Positions 20,832 through 31,477 are shown, counted from the stretch's first letter. The stretch: 64,000 nucleotides of DNA from an uncultured Rhizobium sp. (GCA_964415065.1 CAYPYX010000001.1:35298-99297); one strand, 5' to 3'. The notes: generated by a model from the letters alone, not told the origin. Made by a program: numbers and translations.

Positions 20832-22802
20832 ATGGATTGTTCTACCACATCCTATATAATGAGTTATGTGTTCAGTATGTTGGGTTTACTGTGGTTTACT
20901 ATTTCCAAAAGTCTAAAGACTATTTTTCGATTGCTCATTATTATCAATGTTATTCTGTTAATTGGGATTATTTGCATTTTCATTGCTGATGCATTCTTGC
21001 TGAAATATTGGGGTAGTAGAATCAACTCCCAGGCCTTGTCGTTTTTAAAATATCCCATAGAATCATTACGAGCGTCTTTAAGTACCATTGAAATTCTATC
21101 AATTTCCCTAGGATTGATATTTTTTGGTTTAGGTTGCTATTTGTTTCTAGTAAAATCTGAAATTGCTATTAAACGATTATCCAAGAAAATAAAAAATACA
21201 CTCTCGAATTGGATTTATTTGATTATTACCATAGGAATACTCATTGTCGGTATTCGAGGGGGAACTTCTAAAGTGCCATTACAAATTTCCGAAGCATTTG
21301 TGTTTGAAAGTGATAGTGAATTAAATAATCAATTAACCTTGAATAGTTTGTGGAATGCGATGTTTCAATTAACTAACAAGCAAAAACATCCTGATGTTGA
21401 TCATATTATTCAATTTGAGGGAAATAATGGTTTCTGGAACAAATACAAAGGGATTACGGATTCTGATTCTCAAATCATCGAATCCAACTTAGAATTATTA
21501 CCAAAATCAAACACGATTTCCCATAAACCCAATATTTACCTTTTTGTTTTGGAAGGAGTTTCTGCTCGAGTATCTGAATATTTTTCAAATTCAGAAATCA
21601 ATGCAACACCCAATATTGATGAATTAGCTAGAAGCGGATTTGGTTTCAAGCAAGCGTTTGCATGCGGGGATCGAACTGATAAAGGAATTGCGACAGTTTT
21701 AACAGGATGGCCAGGACAACCATGGCAAAGTATTTTGAATTATCCAGATAAATACAAAAGGCTACCGAGTTTAATCAAATCTGCAAAAAGGAATGGTTAT
21801 GTTTCAACTTTCTATTATGGGGGGAATTCGAAATTTGCAAATATGCAGGACTTTCTAATTCAATTGGGGGTAGATAAGATTACGGATGAAACAGAAATGA
21901 ATCATGCAAATTTGGATTTCATATATTCTAAAACATCGATTAGTAATTTAGTTATTAACTTATTTAAGTCAAATCAAGATTTAGAATCACAAAATACCTC
22001 AAAAGAATCTTGGAGAGAAGAATCAAAAGTTCAAAAAGCGACAAAAAATTCTTTTGATTTAAAAGGAAACTGGGGGTATTTTGATCCAGTAATTATGGAT
22101 GTTTTACAAGTTAGCACTACACAAAAAAGAAAATCTCATCGGCTAAATGAACGCATCCAATCTCAACCGCAGTTCAATATAATTTTAACTTCTAGCACAC
22201 ACGAACCGTATGATATCAACAGAGTATTTATCAACCGCGAATTCGTCCCCAATAAAAAAGTAAAAGATAAGGAAATAGAAAAATATATTCAATCTGTGCG
22301 AATTTTGGATCAGTCCATATATACATGTATTAAGAGAATTCAATCTGTAGATCCTGATGCGCTATTTATTTTGGTTTCAGATCATGGCAAATATCTAAAT
22401 ACTGCAGAAACTAAATTTGGACAGCGCAATTTTTTTCATATTCCTTTGGTTTTTTATGGAAAACCAATTGATAAATTAAAAAACTCAATGAATTCACAAG
22501 ATATGGTGTCTATGATCAACCGTGTGGTATCACAAGCAGATATCGCATCAACCATCGAAAATCTATTGTTCCCAAATGAAAATACGAATCAATTCAAATA
22601 CTCTAGAAATGTGTTCAATAAGTATCATTCTGAATTATCTTGGTTTAGCATGTACGGAGTAATGGGCATAATAGAAAAAGATGCGACATATTGGCTTTCT
22701 ACTGACAAAAAGTCACAAGAGCTCGAAAAGCCTTGGAATACCAGAGATTCTATGGTGTTATTGATGGGGAAGAAAATAATTTCAGATTTTTTTTCGTTAT
22801 GA
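20832..22802 (+). CDS. LTA synthase family protein (membrane-anchored sulfatase / alkaline-phosphatase superfamily)
   Basis: Multi-TM N-terminus plus C-terminal sulfatase-type domain (ILTSSTHEPY, LVSDHGKY). The frame is open from a TTG at 20640, but that stretch contains the upstream gene's terminator. The first in-frame ATG after the terminator (20832) is the preferred start, but this is uncertain. Confidence 0.65.
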   Translation: MDCSTTSYIMSYVFSMLGLLWFTISKSLKTIFRLLIIINVILLIGIICIFIADAFLLKYWGSRINSQALSFLKYPIESLRASLSTIEILSISLGLIFFGLGCYLFLVKSEIAIKRLSKKIKNTLSNWIYLIITIGILIVGIRGGTSKVPLQISEAFVFESDSELNNQLTLNSLWNAMFQLTNKQKHPDVDHIIQFEGNNGFWNKYKGITDSDSQIIESNLELLPKSNTISHKPNIYLFVLEGVSARVSEYFSNSEINATPNIDELARSGFGFKQAFACGDRTDKGIATVLTGWPGQPWQSILNYPDKYKRLPSLIKSAKRNGYVSTFYYGGNSKFANMQDFLIQLGVDKITDETEMNHANLDFIYSKTSISNLVINLFKSNQDLESQNTSKESWREESKVQKATKNSFDLKGNWGYFDPVIMDVLQVSTTQKRKSHRLNERIQSQPQFNIILTSSTHEPYDINRVFINREFVPNKKVKDKEIEKYIQSVRILDQSIYTCIKRIQSVDPDALFILVSDHGKYLNTAETKFGQRNFFHIPLVFYGKPIDKLKNSMNSQDMVSMINRVVSQADIASTIENLLFPNENTNQFKYSRNVFNKYHSELSWFSMYGVMGIIEKDATYWLSTDKKSQELEKPWNTRDSMVLLMGKKIISDFFSL

Positions 22803-22859
22803 TGTAACATTTGACTGACTAAATTCGTCTAAGAGTTAATTTGGCATATTTTTTGAAAA

Positions 22860-23093
22860 ATGAATATGGAAATGAAACAGAAATATAATAAACGCTTCGT
22901 GATTCTCATAATATTGTTATTAGTCAATATTATTGGTTTTGCAGCTGCGAGTTTCTATTTCTCCAATTTTCCAATTCATGGTTCTATTGTGGATTTCGGT
23001 ATCTCCAACGAAACACAATCCGGTGCTCAGATTTCTCAAATTGGAAAATTCGTTCAGTTTGCTTTAGAAATCATCCGTGAAACCGGAAAGTAA
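22860..23093 (+). CDS. small hypothetical membrane protein (1 TM)
   Basis: 77-aa ORF with a single hydrophobic helix. In the same frame as the downstream histidine kinase, separated from it by a single TAA. Confidence 0.3.
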   Translation: MNMEMKQKYNKRFVILIILLLVNIIGFAAASFYFSNFPIHGSIVDFGISNETQSGAQISQIGKFVQFALEIIRETGK

Positions 23094-23102
23094 TCTTATC
23101 CT

Positions 23103-24149
23103 TTGCCAAATCAACGTCCCACATATTTTCAGAAAGCAGAACAATTTCTACTTCAGTGGAAGTTAGATCATTTGGTCTTTTGGTTGGTTTACGCTATGGT
23201 ATACTCCATTATTTTTCCTTGGGGTAAGAATACCTTCGAATCATTTATTATTTCCAACGGTTTATTGGTGTTTCATGCCATTGCAGCCTATTTTAATAAT
23301 GATTTTTTAATTCCTCGATTTCTACTTACACGCAGCTATGTATTGTATTTGATTAGTTTAGTTTTGGGGATATTAAGTGTATGCTTTCCTTTGAGTATAG
23401 TGGTACACATGGTAATTAATAATGCAGGATTACAGAATTTAGTTTGGTCAGATACCTTTTTCCTTTTTCTGGTTATTAACGTTTTGTTTTCCGTTATCTT
23501 AACCATGGTTTTAAAATTGGTAAAGCAATGGTATAAAGACCAAAAAACCAATACGGAGCTTAAGCAAATACAATTGCAAACAGAAATTAAGTTTTTGAAA
23601 TCTCAAATTAATCCACACTTCCTTTTTAATTCCTTGAATAATTTGTATGCGCTGACCCTTTCAAAATCAGATTTAGCTCCCGAAGTGGTATTGCGCCTTT
23701 CCAATATTCTCAGATATATATTATATGAGAGCAACCAAGGAAAAGTTTCAATTCGTAAAGAAATGGAGCATGTAAAGGACTACGTTCTTATCGAAAAACT
23801 AAGAATTGGAAATAGTGTAAAAATTGAATTGGAAATTGAAGACAAACTGAACGATGAATTGGTTGAACCTATGCTGTTTTTAACATTAGTTGAAAATGCA
23901 TTCAAACATAGTGAACAAGTATTACCCGATCAGCGTTTTATTCATATTCATGCACATCGAGTTGAGAATGGTTTTCGTTTTCTCATAGAAAATTCGTTTA
24001 ATCCAGAATATAAGAGCTTGGAAAGGGGAGGAATTGGGTTACAAAACATCAAAAAGAGATTAACATTAATTTATCCCAACAAACACGATATTAAATCTTC
24101 CATTTCAAATGGTGTTTATCGAGTAGATTTGATCATTCAACTTAATTAA
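23103..24149 (+). CDS. LytS/YehU-type sensor histidine kinase (multi-TM plus His_kinase domain)
   Basis: Four predicted TM helices followed by NPHFLFNSLNNLYAL (the LytS-family H-box) and an HATPase region. The start codon is a non-ATG (TTG) in the ORF track and is uncertain. Confidence 0.75.
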   Translation: MPNQRPTYFQKAEQFLLQWKLDHLVFWLVYAMVYSIIFPWGKNTFESFIISNGLLVFHAIAAYFNNDFLIPRFLLTRSYVLYLISLVLGILSVCFPLSIVVHMVINNAGLQNLVWSDTFFLFLVINVLFSVILTMVLKLVKQWYKDQKTNTELKQIQLQTEIKFLKSQINPHFLFNSLNNLYALTLSKSDLAPEVVLRLSNILRYILYESNQGKVSIRKEMEHVKDYVLIEKLRIGNSVKIELEIEDKLNDELVEPMLFLTLVENAFKHSEQVLPDQRFIHIHAHRVENGFRFLIENSFNPEYKSLERGGIGLQNIKKRLTLIYPNKHDIKSSISNGVYRVDLIIQLN

Positions 24150-24365
24150 TGCAAAGTTTTAATTAAGATTAAACAAATTTGAAAAAAACCTTAAACAAAT
24201 TTCATCAATAACAAATAATGAAAACGGGTGAATGAAATTGATCTTTCGTGTTGTTCGAAAAAATAATTCAACTGTATCATTTTAAAATATGAAATTCCTA
24301 TTACTTGAAATGTAAATAAATTAGAAGTTTTATAAAAATTAATTATATTTAAAAAAATAAAAATT

Positions 24366-25088
24366 ATGAATAAAATAAAAGCATTTTTAGTTGACGACGA
24401 ACCCTTAGCGTTAACTGTTTTAGAAAGTTTGTTGCAAAAATTCGAAAATGTAGAAATTGTTGGTACCGCAAACTCAACCAACGGACTACAAGAGAAATTG
24501 AATGAATTGAAACCGGATGTATTATTTTCCGATATTCAAATGCCTGGACAAACAGGATTAGAATTTATTAAAGAAGTGTATCCAATGCCTTATGCAATTG
24601 TCTTCACAACGGCATATCCGAATTTTGCAGCAGATGCTTTTGAGTTTGAAGCATTGGATTATATGCTGAAACCGATCAGTCCCGATCGATTAGCTAAAGC
24701 AGTAAAACGTTTGGAAGAATATGTTGAATACCGTACGAATAACAATGAATTAGCTGATACCAAAGATGATTACGTTTATGTAAAAGTAGATGGAGAACAT
24801 CAAAAAATTCATTTTAAAGAAATTCATCATGTTGAAGCATTTGCTGATTATGTGAAAATTTGGACCGGTCCAGACAAGCGTGTTGTAACTCTTCAGACTA
24901 TGCGAAATATGGAAAATGGTTTACCCGAGGATATGTTTTTACGCGTTCACAGAAGTTTTATCGTTGCAATTAACAAGATTCGATTAATTCAAAATGCCTC
25001 ATTAGTTTTAGAAGGTGATATTGAAATTCCTATTGGAAAGAACTATAAAGATTCTGTTTTAGAGATATTAAAGAAGAAAAAATTTTAA
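24366..25088 (+). CDS. LytR/AlgR-family response regulator (receiver + LytTR DNA-binding domain)
   Basis: Receiver (AFLVDDEPLAL...DVLFSDIQMPG). C-terminal LytTR (IHFKEIHHVEAFADYVKIWT...). Confidence 0.9.
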   Translation: MNKIKAFLVDDEPLALTVLESLLQKFENVEIVGTANSTNGLQEKLNELKPDVLFSDIQMPGQTGLEFIKEVYPMPYAIVFTTAYPNFAADAFEFEALDYMLKPISPDRLAKAVKRLEEYVEYRTNNNELADTKDDYVYVKVDGEHQKIHFKEIHHVEAFADYVKIWTGPDKRVVTLQTMRNMENGLPEDMFLRVHRSFIVAINKIRLIQNASLVLEGDIEIPIGKNYKDSVLEILKKKKF

Positions 25089-25375
25089 TTGAATTACTAC
25101 TTTTTTTAAGACATTAATCCTTTCTTTCAATAGTGAAAAAAAGTAGAGTTACTATGACTAAAATTAGTAGTATTAATCATTAATTTGCAATAAAATGGAC
25201 ACAAAAAGACTTTAGTATCACTTTAATTAATTGATTATAAGAGTATTAAGGTCTTTTTTTATTCGTTTTAACGAAGAATGGAATTAAATATTTTAATGCT
25301 GACAAAATATTTACTCAAAATTCAAGTTTTAATAGAAACCGCAAAATATTTTATGCCAAACTAATACCTTGAAAC

Positions 25376-25702
25376 GTGAGTAAACTAGATTACAACAAGA
25401 TTAAAAATCTAGCCGCAGCAAAGAGAATCCCAATTAAAGAGCTGGCTAGATTGTGTGGGTTGAGTGAGCAAGGATTTCACTACATGCTTAAAAAGCAATC
25501 CATGAGAGTGGATACTTTAGAGAAGATTTGCGAAACTCTCGGAATTACTCCAACAGACCTCTTTGAAACCGAGGACTCTAACGAACTCGGTGGAAATCCA
25601 TCTTCAATTGTTATTAAAGCTAAGAGTACTGAATATCATGATTTGATACTTCAAAAGCTTGATACATTAATTGAACTACTTAGATTACAAAAAGTAGGTT
25701 AA
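25376..25702 (+). CDS. XRE-family helix-turn-helix DNA-binding protein
   Basis: GTG start. HTH_3-like segment IPIKELARLCGLSEQGFHYMLKK...LEKICETLGITPTDLF. Confidence 0.55.
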   Translation: MSKLDYNKIKNLAAAKRIPIKELARLCGLSEQGFHYMLKKQSMRVDTLEKICETLGITPTDLFETEDSNELGGNPSSIVIKAKSTEYHDLILQKLDTLIELLRLQKVG

Positions 25703-25703
25703 A

Positions 25704-26576
25704 TTAAAGATTGTGATAAGTTTGGTTGGCCATAAAAATGTCATGGTCATCCAAACTTATACGATTAAATCCGAATTGAGTTTTTAGATAACTCAACAAT
25801 CCCTCTGTTGGAATATTACCTACTAAGTCATTTTTAGCAAAAGGACATCCCCCGAAACCTAAAATCGCACCATCGAACCTCAACACACCTGATTCGATAC
25901 AAGCCTTAACCTTCGATTCCCAATTATTAGAAGGGGCGTGTAAATGTGCTCCAAATTTTACATGAGGTAATTTAGGAATAAGTGTTGAGTACAATTTATG
26001 AATCAGTTCGGGAGTTGCATTACTCGTTGTATCGGAAATTGAAATGGTACGAATTCCTAAACTTGCAATTCTCTCTGCCCAATTAAAAACCAATTCAGCA
26101 CTATATTCTTCTCCGTAAGGATTTCCGAAACCCATACTAATATAAGCAACCACTTTTTTACCGGCAGACTGAGCTATTTCTTGGATTTTAGCAAGCTCAA
26201 TAAAGGCATTTTCTCGAGTGCTATTGGTATTTCTGCGTTGAAATTCTTCACTAACTGAGAAAGGATATCCCAAAAAATCTACCGATGAAAATGCGGAAGC
26301 TCGTGCAGCTCCACGTTGATTGGCAACAATAACTAAGAACTGAGTTTTTGAATATTGTATATTTTCATTCCTGAACTCCGAGATTTGTTGGAGCACTTCT
26401 GCTGTATCCGCCATTTGTGGTACTGCAGAGGGATTAACAAAACTCCCACAATCCAGAACATCAAAACCTTTGGTAATTAGTCGTTTTAAGTAGTTGATTT
26501 TTTTTTCAGTGGAAATTAATTCCGTTATCCCTTGCATGGCATCTCTCGGACACTCAACGATTTCAAATTCCATCAT
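25704..26576 (-). CDS. hydroxymethylglutaryl-CoA lyase
   Basis: HMGL-like TIM-barrel N-terminal motif (EIVECPRDAMQG...KI.YLKRL...GFDVLDCGSFV) and HLH..N motif. Confidence 0.8.
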   Translation of the reverse strand: MMEFEIVECPRDAMQGITELISTEKKINYLKRLITKGFDVLDCGSFVNPSAVPQMADTAEVLQQISEFRNENIQYSKTQFLVIVANQRGAARASAFSSVDFLGYPFSVSEEFQRRNTNSTRENAFIELAKIQEIAQSAGKKVVAYISMGFGNPYGEEYSAELVFNWAERIASLGIRTISISDTTSNATPELIHKLYSTLIPKLPHVKFGAHLHAPSNNWESKVKACIESGVLRFDGAILGFGGCPFAKNDLVGNIPTEGLLSYLKTQFGFNRISLDDHDIFMANQTYHNL

Positions 26577-26589
26577 AGATTCAAACTAA

Positions 26590-29154
26590 TTACAACTTTT
26601 CGAAAAAGTACTCACTTATTTTTTTGTATAAATGAGCACGGTCACGTCCTACAACATTATGTTTATGTCCTGGATATACGAAATAATCCAATTTGGTATT
26701 CATAGATTTCACACATTTATCGGCAAACATCAAACTATGCTGCCAAACAACTACGTCATCGTCGGCTCCATGGATCATTAATAATGGTCCCTGTAATTTG
26801 TGTGCATGATTCAATAGGTTATTTTGAGAGAACCCATCAGGATTTTCATTGGGTCTATCCATATAACGTTCAGTGTACATTATTTCATAAAAACTCCAAT
26901 CAATAACGGGACCACCAGCCACACCAACCTTGTATTTACCTGGATATCTTGTCATTAATGAAGTAGTCATGAATCCGCCAAAACTCCAACCGTGGACACC
27001 TATTCGGGTGCTATCCACATATGAAAGACTTTTCAAATATTCCAAACCGGCCAATTGATCCAACATTTCAACCGAGCCTAAATTTCTATGGGTTGCATTT
27101 TCAAAATTCAATCCTCTGTGTGAAGAACCTCGGTTATCTAAAGTATAAACGATGTAACCCTCAGAAGCCATATAAGCCATCCATAAGTTTCCACCGCCTA
27201 ACCAACTGTTGGTTACCATTTGAGCGTGTGGACCACCATATAAGTAAACCACAACAGGATATTTTTTATTGGGATCGAAATTGGGAGGTAAAAAGGTTCT
27301 TTGAAACAATGTTACTCCCTGATTTTCGATGGATTCAATTTTCACTTCTCCGATTTGAAAATTAGCTACTGGGTTTTTAGCTGCTGAAACCAATTGAGCT
27401 AAGCACGCCTTTTTACTAATTTTTCCACCTGATATTAAGTCTTTTGTTGACACTGAATACAAATTACGGGGACTGTTAATATTGGATGAAATCAATAACA
27501 ATCTTGAACTACTTGGTATCCAAATTGCAGATTGAATATATTCTTCTAAAATTTCATTGAAACTGCTCTTATTATTTTTGTTACTTTCACTAACTGAAGA
27601 TTTGAAAATAGACATCATTTCGCCGGTTTGTATATTAGAAATCAATGGAACACGATTTAATGACCCTTGTTCCAATTCTTTAGAATGTCTAGTACTCAAA
27701 TAAACTATATTATTTTCTGATTCATCCAAGCCCAAAACCTCGGTAACCTCCCAATTTCCTTGAGTAATAGGGAATAAGTAACCGTAATGATTCAAAATAC
27801 CACCATCTGCAAATGTTTGAGTGTTTTTGTAGGCTCTTTTGTTTTTTGGGACGTTAGTGGGGTTCTTTAGATATAAATACAAATGATTGAAACCACTGTG
27901 TTCACTCTGAAAAACAAATCCTTCTGGAATATTTTTAGAGAAAATTAATCCTGATTCAGGTTCTGTATATTTCGGATGTGAATATTCAATGTGTGTTTTT
28001 ATTAATTTACCATCGATGCTCGAATATTCTCTTAATTCAGTTTTGTTCTGATCTCTATTCACCCAAAATAAATAAATCGACTTAGCATCGGGCGACCAAG
28101 TTACATTGGTTAAATAATGATCATAACTACCTTCAGTTTTCAGATAAACAGTTGATTTGGTTGATGTGTTGTATACTCCGATGGTTACGGTATGACTTGA
28201 ATCCCCAGCCATTGGATATCGAATTTCTGTGGGAGTAGCGGGGCGTGGTTGAATGTTGAACATGGGGTATTTTGTAACTCGTTGTTCATCCATTCTGTAA
28301 AACGCCAATTGATTCAAATCAGGACTCCAAAATAATCCTCCGTTGATGCCGAATTCATTTCTATGAACGGATTGTCCATACACAATACCTTCTTTGCCAT
28401 CTGTAGTTATTTGAGTTGGTAGCAAGGAATTTCCCACTACATAGATATTATGGTCTTTTACATAAGCAGTTCTTGAAATTGATTCAGGTAAATAGATAGC
28501 TTCTGTCAGAGATGTAGTTGTATTATCTTCGATAGCATACATTACAGTCATCTCCATATGTCTCTTTAAGTTCAGTTCAGTTAATGAAGTATTATTTTCT
28601 ATTTGTATAGGAGCTGATTTGATATTTTTCTGATTTACAGCCAAATTAAAATTCAATTCAACTATATAATTGTTATACTCAAACCATCCGGAATTTTCAT
28701 TGCGCCAATGAATAGTAGGTATAGCATTGATCATTACTTTAACATCTTTAGAATCAATACGATTCGTTTCGTTAAATTTTTGAATGGCACTTTTTAACCT
28801 TAATGTAAAACTATCTGAATGTATGAAAATACTTCCATTTGAATCACCAATAATCTGGTTAATTGGATACAAATACAGATGCGATTTTTTATCTCTATTG
28901 AATATAAATTGAATCAAATGAAATTGTTCACTGGGGTACTTTAAAAAAGTTGGATTACTGAATGCCGTAGAATTTTGAGAACTAAAACAATCCGTAATAG
29001 CTAATTTTTTATTTCCTTTTTGTGCCGGTTGGCTATATAGAAGCTGACTTTTAGGGGATGTTTTTACTGCGGTTTGTTGAGCATTTGAAAGATTCAACAT
29101 GGAACCGAACAAAAGTAAAAAGCTCATTTTTGTACCAATTGTTTGTATTTTCAT
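26590..29154 (-). CDS. S9-family serine peptidase, dipeptidyl-peptidase IV-like (beta-propeller + alpha/beta hydrolase)
   Basis: Catalytic GWSFGG nucleophile elbow. DPP-IV N-terminal propeller. The start was set at the internal Met (MKIQTIG...signal peptide) to avoid overlapping dapD. The ORF is open to 29235. Confidence 0.85.
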   Translation of the reverse strand: MKIQTIGTKMSFLLLFGSMLNLSNAQQTAVKTSPKSQLLYSQPAQKGNKKLAITDCFSSQNSTAFSNPTFLKYPSEQFHLIQFIFNRDKKSHLYLYPINQIIGDSNGSIFIHSDSFTLRLKSAIQKFNETNRIDSKDVKVMINAIPTIHWRNENSGWFEYNNYIVELNFNLAVNQKNIKSAPIQIENNTSLTELNLKRHMEMTVMYAIEDNTTTSLTEAIYLPESISRTAYVKDHNIYVVGNSLLPTQITTDGKEGIVYGQSVHRNEFGINGGLFWSPDLNQLAFYRMDEQRVTKYPMFNIQPRPATPTEIRYPMAGDSSHTVTIGVYNTSTKSTVYLKTEGSYDHYLTNVTWSPDAKSIYLFWVNRDQNKTELREYSSIDGKLIKTHIEYSHPKYTEPESGLIFSKNIPEGFVFQSEHSGFNHLYLYLKNPTNVPKNKRAYKNTQTFADGGILNHYGYLFPITQGNWEVTEVLGLDESENNIVYLSTRHSKELEQGSLNRVPLISNIQTGEMMSIFKSSVSESNKNNKSSFNEILEEYIQSAIWIPSSSRLLLISSNINSPRNLYSVSTKDLISGGKISKKACLAQLVSAAKNPVANFQIGEVKIESIENQGVTLFQRTFLPPNFDPNKKYPVVVYLYGGPHAQMVTNSWLGGGNLWMAYMASEGYIVYTLDNRGSSHRGLNFENATHRNLGSVEMLDQLAGLEYLKSLSYVDSTRIGVHGWSFGGFMTTSLMTRYPGKYKVGVAGGPVIDWSFYEIMYTERYMDRPNENPDGFSQNNLLNHAHKLQGPLLMIHGADDDVVVWQHSLMFADKCVKSMNTKLDYFVYPGHKHNVVGRDRAHLYKKISEYFFEKL

Positions 29155-29205
29155 AGGTTGGTTTGGAAAATGTTTTGCAATTTTGTTGCAATTTAACGAA
29201 TCATA

Positions 29206-30021
29206 ATGGAAAAGTACCCTGAAATCATCGAGCAAATTTGGAATAATCGTGAATTATTAACCGATAACCAAAATGTAAAAGCAATTGAACAAATAATTGA
29301 ATTACTCGATAAAGGAAAATTGAGAGTGGCTGAACCGCAAAACGACGGATCATGGAAAGTAAATGATTGGGTTAAAAAAGCCGTTATTTTGTATTTTCCT
29401 ACTCGAAAAATGGAGAAGTTTAATGCAGGTCCATTGGAATTTTACGATAAAATGCCTCTCAAGCAAAATTACGATGAATTGAACATTCGTGTTGTTCCAC
29501 ATGCAGTATCTAGACATGGTGCATATATTGCACCCGGTGTAATATTGATGCCTTCCTATGTAAATATAGGAGCTTATGTTGATGCTGGTACCATGGTAGA
29601 TACTTGGGCCACAGTTGGAAGTTGTGCACAAATTGGCAAAAATGTACATTTGAGCGGTGGTGTAGGTATTGGAGGTGTTCTCGAACCGGTTCAAGCTGCA
29701 CCTGTAATAATAGAAGACGGTGTTTTTGTAGGAAGTCGTTGTATAGTAGTAGAAGGTGTGCATGTAGGTAGAGAGGCGGTTCTGGGAGCAGGATTGACTT
29801 TAACCATGTCAACCAAAATTATAAATGCTCAAACAGGCGAGGAGTTACCTAAAGGCTACATTCCACCTCGAAGCGTAGTTATTCCAGCAAATATCAAGAA
29901 AGAATTTTCAGGCGGTGAATTTTATGTTCCAGTAGCACTGATTATTGGTGAAAGAAAAGCTAGTACCGATCAGAAAACGTCGTTGAACGATGCATTGCGC
30001 GACTATGGAGTAGCAGTGTAG
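29206..30021 (+). CDS. dapD: 2,3,4,5-tetrahydropyridine-2,6-dicarboxylate N-succinyltransferase
   Basis: Left-handed beta-helix hexapeptide repeats and the typical DapD N-terminus (EQIWNNRELL...KLRVAEP). Confidence 0.9.
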   Translation: MEKYPEIIEQIWNNRELLTDNQNVKAIEQIIELLDKGKLRVAEPQNDGSWKVNDWVKKAVILYFPTRKMEKFNAGPLEFYDKMPLKQNYDELNIRVVPHAVSRHGAYIAPGVILMPSYVNIGAYVDAGTMVDTWATVGSCAQIGKNVHLSGGVGIGGVLEPVQAAPVIIEDGVFVGSRCIVVEGVHVGREAVLGAGLTLTMSTKIINAQTGEELPKGYIPPRSVVIPANIKKEFSGGEFYVPVALIIGERKASTDQKTSLNDALRDYGVAV

Positions 30022-30208
30022 TCAATACATAAAGTGTAAATTGACTCTGATATCTGTCCATATTATTTAAAACAAAGTACATCGTTCAAAGTTATTGCTA
30101 GATAAACAATAGCCTGAAATAAAATTCCCTAAAATTTCAATGTTATTGTACACCCATTATGAAACCGTGTATTTTTACATTCTTTAGAAAATCGATAAAT
30201 CAATTATC

Positions 30209-31477
30209 ATGAAAATAGGATTCGATGCTAAACGAGTATTTCACAACCCAACAGGATTGGGCAGCTATGCTCGTGCTACCATCGAATCCTTATTAGAATA
30301 TAATTCTGACGTTGAAATATTTCTGTTTTGTCCTGATTTCCCTAAGCAGAAAAACAATCATTTTTTGAAAGGTAATACATTCTGGGATATAAAAAAGTTC
30401 CACCAGAGCAATGAAAATAACTTAGAATACCAACATTCGGAATTTCGACAATTAAAGTTAGTCGTTTCAGGTTACAAAAATGGCATTTTACAAAATTGGT
30501 GGCGACGAAGCGGAATGATAAAGCAATTGGTTAATTTAGAAATTGATGTATATCACGGTCTCACGAATGAAATTCCCAATAACATACCAAAACCAATTCG
30601 AAAAGCAGTCACCATACATGACGTGATTTTTATTAAATATCCGAATCAGTATAAATGGTTTGATCGATTTATTTATTTTCAAAAAACAAAACAAGCTGTA
30701 ATTCAAGCAGATACAATATTTTACACGAGTAAGGCCACACAACATGATATTCATTTCTACTTTGGAAATGAACTAAATAAGCGTAGTACTCAGCCGGTTG
30801 AAAAAATTCATTATCAGCCAATAAAAAGGATTTTTGCTGATTTAAAGTGGCAACCAGATCTCCTAGAACCTTATTTTATTTACCATTCTACATTCAACTT
30901 ACGCAAAAATCATTTACGATTGATTCAAGCTTTTAGACAATATTTGGATCATAACCCTCAAATTTCAACAGTAAATAAATTAGTATTGGTTGGAAATGGT
31001 TCTTCGAAAGATATTCAAGCTGTACAAAATGAAATTCTCAAAAACAACCTAAATAAAGAGATTAAATTAGTATTGGGATGCTCTGATAATCAATTGGTTG
31101 AATTATTGACAAAATCCAGTGGTTTTATTTACCCTAGTTTATTTGAAGGATTCGGAATACCATTATTTGAAGCTGCATCCTGTGGAATTCCAATTGCACT
31201 TTCTAATATCGAAGTATTTGAAGAATTCAAAGAATTCTTGTCAGATGTGATTTTTTTCGATCCTCTATCCGTTGAATCTATTTCGACTGCGCTAGTTCAA
31301 TTAAATTTGAAGTTTAAGGATTCAATCATTAGAAACGAACAAAGTGTGTTATCTAAAAACGATCGGGAAAAAATATCTTCAATTAATTTGAATTACGATA
31401 GGCTGTTAAATCAAATTGATAGGAGTGTTTTCGCCGAAAATTTGATGAATATTTACTTAGGCAATCCCAATCCCTAA
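30209..31477 (+). CDS. glycosyltransferase family 1/4 protein
   Basis: GT-B fold with E.FGIPL.EA motif (LFEGFGIPLFEAASCGIPI). Confidence 0.75.
   Translation: MKIGFDAKRVFHNPTGLGSYARATIESLLEYNSDVEIFLFCPDFPKQKNNHFLKGNTFWDIKKFHQSNENNLEYQHSEFRQLKLVVSGYKNGILQNWWRRSGMIKQLVNLEIDVYHGLTNEIPNNIPKPIRKAVTIHDVIFIKYPNQYKWFDRFIYFQKTKQAVIQADTIFYTSKATQHDIHFYFGNELNKRSTQPVEKIHYQPIKRIFADLKWQPDLLEPYFIYHSTFNLRKNHLRLIQAFRQYLDHNPQISTVNKLVLVGNGSSKDIQAVQNEILKNNLNKEIKLVLGCSDNQLVELLTKSSGFIYPSLFEGFGIPLFEAASCGIPIALSNIEVFEEFKEFLSDVIFFDPLSVESISTALVQLNLKFKDSIIRNEQSVLSKNDREKISSINLNYDRLLNQIDRSVFAENLMNIYLGNPNP

Noticed and set aside
24191-24481. 96-aa minus-strand ORF across the LytTR gene start
   Set aside because: Low-complexity, AT-rich translation overlapping the promoter and start of a well-supported gene. 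Also 22625-22810(-), 23336-23551(-), 62245-62433(-), 62871-63074(-), 63753-63962(+), 53548-53772(+), 54740-54946(+), 55046-55240(-), 56175-56453(-), 56660-56851(-), 57033-57248(-), 57627-57884(-), 60360-60554(+), 60706-60927(+), 42943-43263(+), 45666-45851(-), 48681-48917(+), 49279-49491(+), 50721-50903(-), 51727-51912(+), 31851-32210(+), 30536-30754(-), 27021-27365(+), 35088-35273(+), 36531-36737(+), 36724-36912(+), 38779-39015(+), 39121-39357(-), 39544-39777(-) and 39947-40159(-), for the same reason.
29350-29812. Two overlapping minus-strand ORFs (137 aa and 100 aa) opposite dapD
   Set aside because: Low-complexity translations (HLLLLY..., YYYTTT...) antisense to a confidently identified dapD. 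Artefacts of AT-rich codon usage.
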